Below are positions 1 through 8,876 of a stretch of DNA of 64,000 nucleotides, piece after piece (position 1 is the stretch's first letter; each line of letters opens with the position of its first letter). The position numbers and the translations under genes are program-made. The notes beneath the pieces were generated by a model. The model was not told the DNA's origin, did no database searches, and saw only the letters and a program-made list of their open reading frames with translations. The stretch is from Rhynchopus sp. YZ270_cl-10 (Eukaryota), in the NCBI GenBank assembly GCA_964035575.1, contig OZ037834.1:248001-312000 (forward strand), in the 5' to 3' direction.

Positions 1-581
1 TTGCGGTGCACGGGCGTACGGGATTAGTATCTTTTTTTCGAGAGAACCCAAGAGCGGCCAGGTCCTGGACAAGTACGTTGTGCTTTTAGACCTACAAACT
101 GTCTGGGGTGGTGGGACCTCGGGGCGAAGGGTGCTTCCCGGGACCCCAATATCCTACCACAAGGAGCTCGAGTCGTGCATGGAATGCAGGGTACTCTGAG
201 CCGATTACTTCCACAACTCCCAGATCCCAAGACCTCCACGGGGGGCAGGCCTCCACGGAAACCCGCGACCGCCGACACCTTAGCTCCGTACTGCCTCTGT
301 CTGTAACCTGCCGGTCCCCCACCTACCTACGCTTTTTGTGGTGTCTTTTTACGACGGTGGACCAAGGGGCTTTGCAGTGCAGTCAACGCCGACGGAGCGA
401 GACTCGATTGTGACCGGGTGAAAAGGGAACCTTAGCCAGCGCTAACCAGCGGCAGTTTTGACTCAGGGAGGAGTTTCTCACCGCAGACTGGCGACACACC
501 CCCACTTTTTCGGGGTGGCTGCATTCCTCTTCGGAACGGGGTGTTCCATCCTATTTTTAAAAACGTTTATCAGCAGCGAGG

Positions 582-1340
582 TTGGCAGAAGTGAAGGATG
601 CGGAGGTGGCTTGTTTGCTTCTTCAGGCAGGTGTTGCGACTGCGATTCCAAACTTGTTCTGCTCAGAAGCAGCTTTCGTGAGTCTTGATCTCAGTGCTGT
701 GTCTGGCATTGCTTCGATTGGGAACGCATTTCTGAAGGATTGCACCAGCTTGGAAGTACTTGACATCTCTGGTTTGACCAGTGTCACTTCCATTGGGAAT
801 CAATTCCTTCGTGGCTGCAAAGCTTTGAAAGAACTTGATCTCACTCCCTTGAGCAAGGTCACAGTGATTCCGAATGTGTTCCTGCACGAGTGCACTTCTC
901 TGACACAACTCGATCTTTCCCCCTTTAGTGGTGTCACTTCAGTTGGCAGCCACTTTCTCACTTGCTGCACATCTTTGATGGAAATCGATCTGTCTCCCTT
1001 GAGCGGTATCACAGCGATTGAGCGGTCGTTCCTAGGCGTGTGCACTTCGCTGAAACAACTTGATCTCTCCCCCTTTGTGAGAGTCACTGCGATTGATCAC
1101 TTCTTCCTTAGTGGATGCAAGGCTTTGGAAGACCTTAGTCTCACTGGCTTGCTCAATGTGACTGTCATCAAGGATTATTTCCTGCAGGACTGTTCTTCGC
1201 TGACAGAACTTGATCTATCTCCCTTGAGCAACGTCTTGGAGGTGGGGGTGCATTTCCTTGTTAAGACTTCTTCAGCATTCTACGGAAAGAAGAAATGCAG
1301 CAAAGTCGTGTTACAGAAATTAGAGATGAAGTGGGAGTAA
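582..1340 (+). pseudogene. 5'-truncated duplicate of the LRR gene at 2084-4060 (LRR region only)
   Basis: 571-1461 is a near-identical copy of 3291-4195. The frame is open, but it starts at TTG and lacks the B-box/Ubl N-terminus; identity begins abruptly at 571. Confidence 0.75.
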
Positions 1341-2083
1341 GGAATAGCTCCATGCCATACAAAACCGAATGTCAAAAACGAAAAAAAGAGAACTTTAAAC
1401 TTGGCAGACTTTTCTGGGGTGTTTCTTTGCACACAACCACCTTAGGCAATACCCCGAGGGCGAATTCGTATTTGCCCTCTTTTCGGATCCTATTCGGGTG
1501 TATTCATCCGAATATAGGGCGAATACTTCACTTCTTTCCACCTGTCTGTGGACGAAACACAGCCAGGTGCGTACGCTCTTCTCCAATCCCAACCCTTCCC
1601 CCTGTGTGCCTTTCCGTTCGTTTCCTTTCCTTTCTTCTACGTATGGTGGTGCACATCCTTAGCGGTGTGTCTTCTTCACTAATCCAAACCAAAGGTTCAA
1701 ATCTCATAAGAACAGTTCATTTGCCCCTCCCACACCACCCCTCCCTTTTCTTTCGCAAAAGATTTTGGGACACAGAACCCATTTCCCGCATCTGCCATCT
1801 CCTTCTCACGGGGCCTCCGGTCCATTGGTGCACCCTGATTAGAGGCTACGACTGTTGTCCAATTTTTCACGTACTCCGCGCTGCACCAATGCACATGCTC
1901 GAACACTACATCATGCGAAAATTGTGGACTTCGCCTGGGGAGATGTGATCATCCCTGACAATGTCTTTGTGGAATCTAAGTTGCCCACTCATATTATATT
2001 ACACTGTGCACGTAACAAACCAATTAATCCACACACCATCCAGAATGCAGATTTCTACAAAAGACAAAATATAATAAACAAGT

Positions 2084-4060
2084 ATGTCCAACTTACCCCG
2101 TGTTTCCGGCAAGCGGACCGCGTCATCCACACTGTTGGCACCGCCGGCAAAGAGAGGAAAGACAGAGACCCTCCCTTCCCTTCCCTCCCCTGGAGGACAC
2201 AACATGGACTGTGACATGGAGCCCACCGCACCACCGACACCTTTGTGTGAGAACTGTTCGGCACCTGCACAGCTGCAGTGTGGACACTGTATTGAACTGT
2301 TCTTCTGCGACAACCCTGCCTGCTTCGAAGCTCTGCACCCAAGGGCACGCGACCGTGAGATGCATCTTGCTTCTGTGACTTCGTACGGGGCATCGTCGAA
2401 CTGTGCACTGCACCCAGAGTTCAAGCTGCACCTTGTCTGTGAAGACCCTGCGTGTGGAGACGCAATGATCTGTGTGAGCTGTGAGAAGCATGAACATGCG
2501 GGACACAACACAATCGAAATCTCTGAGTACGTTGCACGTCAGCGCTGCATCCTACGCTCACACGCGGCAGACCTGACGAAGCAGCGAGCTGCTGCAGATG
2601 GGGAGTGCTGTGTGCTTGAGGCAACCGAACCCCCAGAGGCCAGGTACAAAGACCTTCTCCTGCAGACACACGTCGGACACCTGTTGATGGGTGAGGATGT
2701 GTGGCGCAGGAACGTCGTGTGTGAGGAGGCGTTGGCACGGAGCTTCCTCACACAGGCACTGAGTGCTGCAGGGCAGGTGTGTGCGCTGAAGACGTTTGTT
2801 GTGAAGGCAGAACACATGATTGACGAGTGCGAGCAGGTGTGCCAGCTTGGGGACGACGAGACGCTGCGTGCGGCAACAGAGTCGCAGGCCGTTGTGCGGA
2901 GCATCAACAGCATGGCAGCGTGCAGAGACCGCCACCGCCTTGTGGGTGCTGCATACCCACATGCAGAGTTTTCCCTGACGCTGCCTGTGTCGGATGTGCA
3001 CGACGCTCTTGGCCAGAGGTTGGAACTTGTGGTGCCTGTGCTTGTGGAGGGTGTGGATGGAGTGGAACACTTGATTGAGGTGAGTGTGGATGACACGGTG
3101 TGTGACTTGCGTCGGAAGGTGGCGTCTGCAAAAAAGTTGCCTGGCCACACCTTTGATATGTGTTTCAGGGATGAGGTGATGGGAGAAGGAGAGGACATGA
3201 CACAGCTGAGTGCTGACAGGATTGTGCTGAAGCAGACGAAGGAGCAGGTGGCCGTTGCAGCACTTCATGCATTGGGTGAGACAAACCTGACAGCAGCGAG
3301 GTTGGCAGAAGTGAAGGATGCGGAGGTGGCTTGTTTGCTTCTTCAGGCAGGTGTTGCGACTGCGATTCCAAACTTGTTCTGCTCAGAAGCAGCTTTCGTG
3401 AGTCTTGATCTCAGTGCTGTGTCTGGCATTGCTTCGATTGGGAACGCATTTCTGAAGGATTGCACCAGCTTGGAAGTACTTGACATCTCTGGTTTGACCA
3501 GTGTCACTTCCATTGGGAATCAATTCCTTCGTGGCTGCAAAGCTTTGAAAGAACTTGATCTCACTCCCTTGAGCAAGGTCACAGTGATTCCGGGGGGGTT
3601 CCTGTACGAGTGCACTTCTCTGACACATCTCGATCTTTCCCCCTTTAGTGGTGTCACTTCAGTTGGCAGCCACTTTCTTAAGGGATGCGCATCTTTGATG
3701 GAAATCGATCTGTCTCCCTTGAGCGGTATCACAGCGATTGAGAGTTCGTTTCTGGGACAGTGCACTTCGCTGAAACAACTTGATCTCTCTCCCTTTGTGA
3801 GAGTCACTGCGATTGATAACTACTTCCTTGGTGGATGCAAGGCTTTGGAAGATCTTAGTCTCGCTGGCTTGCTCAATGTGACTGTGATTAAGTATAAGTT
3901 CCTGTGCAGCTGTTCTTCGCTGACAGAACTTGATCTCTCTCCCTTGAGCAACGTCTTGGAGGTGGGGACGCATTTCCTTGTTAAGAGTTCTCCAGCATTC
4001 TACGGAAAGAAGAAATGCAGCAAAGTCGTGTTACAGAAATTAGAGATGAAGTGGGAGTAA
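2084..4060 (+). CDS. B-box zinc finger + coiled coil + ubiquitin-like + leucine-rich repeat protein
   Basis: 658-aa ORF with CENC...CGHC...C...C..LH and CALH...LVCEDPAC...ICVSC...EHAGH (B-box-like) motifs, a helical region, a Ubl-like segment (VEGVDGVEHLIEVSVDDTVCDLRRKVA) and 25-aa LRRs (FLxxCTSLxxLDLSPLSxVTxIxxx). Confidence 0.9.
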   Translation: MSNLPRVSGKRTASSTLLAPPAKRGKTETLPSLPSPGGHNMDCDMEPTAPPTPLCENCSAPAQLQCGHCIELFFCDNPACFEALHPRARDREMHLASVTSYGASSNCALHPEFKLHLVCEDPACGDAMICVSCEKHEHAGHNTIEISEYVARQRCILRSHAADLTKQRAAADGECCVLEATEPPEARYKDLLLQTHVGHLLMGEDVWRRNVVCEEALARSFLTQALSAAGQVCALKTFVVKAEHMIDECEQVCQLGDDETLRAATESQAVVRSINSMAACRDRHRLVGAAYPHAEFSLTLPVSDVHDALGQRLELVVPVLVEGVDGVEHLIEVSVDDTVCDLRRKVASAKKLPGHTFDMCFRDEVMGEGEDMTQLSADRIVLKQTKEQVAVAALHALGETNLTAARLAEVKDAEVACLLLQAGVATAIPNLFCSEAAFVSLDLSAVSGIASIGNAFLKDCTSLEVLDISGLTSVTSIGNQFLRGCKALKELDLTPLSKVTVIPGGFLYECTSLTHLDLSPFSGVTSVGSHFLKGCASLMEIDLSPLSGITAIESSFLGQCTSLKQLDLSPFVRVTAIDNYFLGGCKALEDLSLAGLLNVTVIKYKFLCSCSSLTELDLSPLSNVLEVGTHFLVKSSPAFYGKKKCSKVVLQKLEMKWE

Positions 4061-4348
4061 GGAATAGCTCCATGCCATACAAAACCGAATGTCAAAAACG
4101 AAAAAAAAAAAAAGAAGCAAAAACACAACTTCAAACTTGGCAGACTTTTTTGGGGTGTTTCTTGCACAACCACCTTAGGCAATACCCCGAAGGCGTGGGA
4201 TGCAGAACCCATTTCAACGTTAAAAAAAAAAAAAAAAAAAAACAATTCCCACTATTTCGTTGCACCGTCGTAGCATTTGTGGTTAATTAACAATGGCTGT
4301 GTCTTGCACCACTCCCACAACAGAAAACACAAATAAAAAATAATACCA

Positions 4349-5527
4349 ATGGAACTCAACATCGAGGGATTTGATGGTCACACGTACGTCGTCGATGTGG
4401 ATGTGGATGACACAGCGAAGCACCTGCGGCGGAAGGTGGCAACTGCAGCGGGGTTTGCTGACGACAGCTTTGACTTTGGAGGGAACGATGAAGGAGAGGA
4501 CGTGAACATCACAGCGTTGAGTGCTGGCGACACAGTTGTGTTGACGCAGACGAAGAAGCAACAATCCATTGCAGCTCTTCATGCATTGGGTGAGACAGAC
4601 CTCACACCAGAGAAGCTTGCGCGTGTACAAGACCCCGAGGTAGTGCGGTTGCTTCTGCAGGCAGAAGTTGTAACTGCGATTCCTCATGGTGTCCTTGCAT
4701 TCGCTAATTTACGTAGCCTAGATCTGAGTGCCACATTGGCTGTTACTGCGATTGAGGACCGCTTCTTAAGTTCATGTTCATCATTGGAATCAGTTAACCT
4801 GTCTGGGTTGTGCAACGTCACGACGATAGATGCGTACTTCCTGAGCGGCTGCACATCATTCCGCACCTTTGAGCCATTCGACTTTGCAGGATTGGGCAGT
4901 GTAACAAGCCTTGGGGACAACTTCTTATCGGATTGCACGTCGCTAACGTCCATCGACTTTGCAGAATTGAGCAGTGTCACAAGCCTTGGGCGCTGCTTCT
5001 TATTACATTGCACGTCGTTAACCTCAATCGACTTTGCAGGATTGGGAAGTGTCACACGCCTTGAGAGATGTTTCTTATCACGTTGTACGTCGCTCACCTC
5101 CATCGACTTTGCAGGATTGAGCAGCGTTGCAAGCCTTGGGGGCTTCTTCTTATCAAGTTGCACGTCGTTAATCTCCATCGACTTTGCAGGATTGCGCAGT
5201 GTCACAAGCCTTGGTGACAACTTCTTATCAGGTTGTACGTCGCTCACCTCAATCGATTTTGCAGGATTGAGCGGTGTCACAAGCCTTGAGAGCTGCTTCT
5301 TATCGCGGTGCACGTCACTAACCTCAATCGACTTTGCAGGATTGCGCAGTGTCACAAGCCTTGGTGACAACTTCTTATCGGATTGCACGTCGCTCACCTC
5401 AATCAACTTTGCAGGGTTGAGTGGCGTGACACGAATTGGGAACAACTTTACTAAATATTGCAGTTCTTTAAAAACATGCGACCAGTATACTGAGTGGTAT
5501 TCATCAAGAAGGAATCAGGCTGGATGA
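4349..5527 (+). CDS. Ubiquitin-like + leucine-rich repeat protein (paralog of 2084-4060)
   Basis: ATG start. N-terminal Ubl-like segment (IEGFDGHTYVVDVDVDDTAKHLRRKVA), the linker AALHALGETxLT shared with the upstream gene, and tandem 75-nt/25-aa LRRs (FLSxCTSLTSIDFAGLxSVTSLGxx). Confidence 0.9.
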   Translation: MELNIEGFDGHTYVVDVDVDDTAKHLRRKVATAAGFADDSFDFGGNDEGEDVNITALSAGDTVVLTQTKKQQSIAALHALGETDLTPEKLARVQDPEVVRLLLQAEVVTAIPHGVLAFANLRSLDLSATLAVTAIEDRFLSSCSSLESVNLSGLCNVTTIDAYFLSGCTSFRTFEPFDFAGLGSVTSLGDNFLSDCTSLTSIDFAELSSVTSLGRCFLLHCTSLTSIDFAGLGSVTRLERCFLSRCTSLTSIDFAGLSSVASLGGFFLSSCTSLISIDFAGLRSVTSLGDNFLSGCTSLTSIDFAGLSGVTSLESCFLSRCTSLTSIDFAGLRSVTSLGDNFLSDCTSLTSINFAGLSGVTRIGNNFTKYCSSLKTCDQYTEWYSSRRNQAG

Positions 5528-5780
5528 GCTGCGAAGTGGACCACACTGCGATGACTCGTAGTGTGCACAGCACCAAGAGTGTTCTATGAAGAGTCGCTTC
5601 GACAGAAGCGAGGCGGTGAGGTCACGAGAAGGCTGTTGTAGTTCAAATCAAACATCCCAAGGTGACTTAGCACAGAAAGGCTTTGATTCATCTCATAAAG
5701 GGAAGGCTCGTTTTTCCTTTTAATGTTACAAAGTAACAATAAACCATTTTTCCCGGTGACCCCCCCCTCCCCACCCCCTA

Positions 5781-6009
5781 CACGACGGTGATGTACAGTA
5801 CATTACAAGTGAAGTTACTTGTAACGTTACAAGTGAAAAACCGTTACAAGTGAGTTACAAGTGAGTTACAAGTGGGATACATGAATTACAGGCAAAATCA
5901 GGTTGTAACTGGTGGGTTACAAGTGAGTTACAAGTGAGTTACATGTAACAAAAGTTACATGTAACTCACTTGTAACTCCACTTGTAACACCCGTTACATC
6001 ACCGTCGTG
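5781..6009. mobile_element. MITE, Tc1/mariner-type (TA TSD), CACGACG-end family
   Basis: Perfect 15-bp TIR CACGACGGTGATGTA / TACATCACCGTCGTG, flanked by TA on both sides; internal GTTACAAGTGA repeats in both orientations. Confidence 0.85.
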
Positions 6010-6492
6010 TATGTTACACGGAAAAACCGTTTTTCCGAATTGTCATTTATTGTAACAACAAGGCGCAGTGGACGTGCACATCCGAAAACACCCGCATTTG
6101 CATTTCCGGAATCCGTCCGCACTGTGGTGGGGTCAATCTGCCGAAATGGACAAGTTCTTGTTGTTGGAAAAAGCCACTTTTTCCCGCCATTGTTACAAAA
6201 AAAAAAGTTTTTCCCCCGGATTTCGGTTGGACCCCCTCCCCCCCCCTTTATTGTTACTTTGTAACATTAAATGGAAAAACGAGCCTTCCCAAACTTGTTT
6301 TTAAAATATTTTGAGTGCATTTGATGCCCTTCCCCCTCCTACCCGCCACCTACTCCCGACTCCTCCTCGCCACACGACACCACCTTCATAAGCACAGCAC
6401 AACACAGAAGTGTTGAACGTTCGCACCTTTGCAACACACACACCCACCTCTCCCTCCCCTTTCCACTGCTGACGACCCCTACCTACCGAGGG

Positions 6493-6795
6493 ATGGGTGG
6501 CGATGACGAGCTCGTGATGGACGAGGTGATTGAGCTGCGTGGCTTCAACGGTGGTGTCGAGAAGCACGCTGACGCCGTTGTGGTACGTGGTGTGCAGAGT
6601 ACCTGCGAACGACGTGAGAATGCGGCTGCTGTGCGAAGGGAGTACCGCCCGCGTTACCCAGGCGCGCAAGGTGCAGGCGGGGGCGCAACAGCAGCAGCAG
6701 TCCCCGTGAAACCGTTTTCAAACTGTAAATGGGTATGGTCACAGAGGAAGAAAGATCAAATTTTTTTTGTATACATTGTACAAAGCGTAGCTTAA
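6493..6795 (+). CDS. Possible small hypothetical protein
   Basis: ATG-initiated 100-aa ORF with GC-rich, coding-like composition after a C/T-rich tract; no recognisable motif. Confidence 0.3.
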   Translation: MGGDDELVMDEVIELRGFNGGVEKHADAVVVRGVQSTCERRENAAAVRREYRPRYPGAQGAGGGATAAAVPVKPFSNCKWVWSQRKKDQIFFVYIVQSVA

Positions 6796-7557
6796 AGGAG
6801 AAATAGCTCAGATACGGTTGACAAATCACCCACCCCTCCAACAGGGTAATTGTCCCTGACTGCCAGACACATCCCTAAATGTCTACTTTATTTTATTTTC
6901 TAATAAACCCCACCACCACAACTATCACCACCTACACAGCCTCTTATCATTGCGTTGCTGTTCTGGATTCTCCCCGTTATCTTGTCCCCCGTTGTCCCGT
7001 GCCCGATGGAAGGTATGCGCAGGGTCACACTAAATATCCGTAGAATAGATAGTAACAGTATCTGGTGTGGCAGGTTGGTTCCAACTTTTGATGTTTTGAT
7101 CTTGTGCTTTCATCTGGATGGCTGGCATCGTACAGTGGGTCAGTCGGAGGTGCCTGCATTAATAACTTCACTTTGATGTACCTTTTAATCTACATTTCCA
7201 GTTTTTTTTTAGTGTATGTTCAGCAAACGTTTGGTTTCTATGTGAACATACGAAGTACCTAAAATTGACTTAATTTTTTAGGGCGTGCCACAGTATCACA
7301 ATCAATTATTTTTACGCAGCAAAAAAAAAAACAGTGCCTGCTCTCCTAGAGGCGTTTTTTTGCGATCTATGTACTTCACATTCTATTGAGCGTCATTGTC
7401 TCTTGACAAACGCGGAGGGTTTTTTAAAAACAAAACAGCAAATCAAAATAAAACGCAAAACGCCCAAAAAAACAGAGCACCAAACGGCGAACAACATCAC
7501 ACATCTCTCTTTTCAATACTCATACACACCACACCACACCACACCCCCTTCACAGGC

Positions 7558-8412
7558 ATGCCTGAAGGCTATGCACGCACCCCTGGCTCCGGCCTTCTCG
7601 CTCTTGAGGAGGCTTTCAGTGCACGCAACGGGTCTGCCTTTGTCACAAGGGTACGGTCTATGACCGACCTGGCACCTGCATCTGTTCCGTCTCCATCCAC
7701 CACCACGGATGCAGACAACACTGCGAACGCCGCAGACGTGGAGAACGCTGCTGATACCGAGCACGCCACGACAGAGACAGAGACACCCCAGACGACACAC
7801 GAGGACAGCTCCAAGGGAGAGGAGTGCCGGGCAACGGGAAGCGAGTACGACGCATGGCGTCGTGACACCTTGTTGTGTTGCCTGCTTGCCACCGCAGGCT
7901 GGGTGGGGGTAAGCTGCATTGTGGGCTACCTTGCGTTCCGTGGGATGAAGGTGTTGCCTGCTTACTCGTCTCCGTATCTGGCTGGGGTAGCGTGCTCGGC
8001 GGTGGCGGGGACTGCGTCTGTCGCAAGCTTTGTGCTGCTCGGGAAGATGCTGCCACGTTATGTGAACATGCTGGACGATGCGAGCTTCAGCACCGCGCAG
8101 GGCCAGGCAGAAGGGTTCTGGCTGATGTTCAGTGCAACGTACTATGCGCGGGTTGGGTTTGTCTCGCTCGCACTGCTTTCGTTGGTTTCCCTCGCCTCGC
8201 AACACGCCCCGCCACTCAAGCTGTATACAAACACTCTTTCGGCGCCGTGTGCACTGCTCGTCCTGCTCGTAGTGTTCCCAGGGCCGGCGACCAGCAAGTT
8301 CTTCTGGCTTGCGCTATCGGCGTGTGCATGTACATTGGTCCCAATGATCAATGAATACGTAGTTCTCAGAAAAAAGGGGATGACAAGAGAGGAGGCTCAG
8401 GGGATGATGTAA
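7558..8412 (+). CDS. Hypothetical multi-pass membrane protein
   Basis: ATG at 7558 just after CACAG. Acidic/Thr-rich N-terminus followed by about 5-6 hydrophobic segments. Confidence 0.75.
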   Translation: MPEGYARTPGSGLLALEEAFSARNGSAFVTRVRSMTDLAPASVPSPSTTTDADNTANAADVENAADTEHATTETETPQTTHEDSSKGEECRATGSEYDAWRRDTLLCCLLATAGWVGVSCIVGYLAFRGMKVLPAYSSPYLAGVACSAVAGTASVASFVLLGKMLPRYVNMLDDASFSTAQGQAEGFWLMFSATYYARVGFVSLALLSLVSLASQHAPPLKLYTNTLSAPCALLVLLVVFPGPATSKFFWLALSACACTLVPMINEYVVLRKKGMTREEAQGMM

Positions 8413-8876
8413 ATGAAATAGTTTAAAAAAGGGGGGCGGGGGGGAGAGGAAAAGAGAAACGGGGGGAAAAATGAAAAATAAAGTGTCAAAGGAGGTTGTT
8501 CAAGTTGTGTGTGTGTGTGTGTGTGGGGGGTTTTTTTTTCTTTGGTCACTAAGCACCGAGAGGCTTAGGTTCATCTGATAAACTTTTATTTTTTTTTGAG
8601 TCGTCAGTGTGTTTGTCTGAGAGCATGCGTCTCTCTTTGCTTCCAGTACATTTGAACGCGGAGCCAGTAAGTAAAGTAAAGAAGAAAAAAACGATTCTCA
8701 CGTAAAACAAGAAGTGTGTACATGTGTCACATCTCCCTCCTCGCCCAGCCCTTCCTTAAACATGCTGCGGATGGGAGGTGGCGAAGGAAAAAAAAAATCA
8801 AAAAAGTGGAGATTGCACGAACTGTGGCAACACAACCGAGGCAACTACACTACTCCAACAATTTATCACAAAAAAA

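Noticed and set aside
1..570. Possible retroelement end, with CACCCC...GGGGTGGCTGCA resembling the family A hairpin
   Set aside because: Similarity is short and the region is cut by the window edge, so it cannot be classified.
4684..5445. Minus-strand repetitive ORF and other antisense ORFs over genes
   Set aside because: Shadows of the + strand CDSs.
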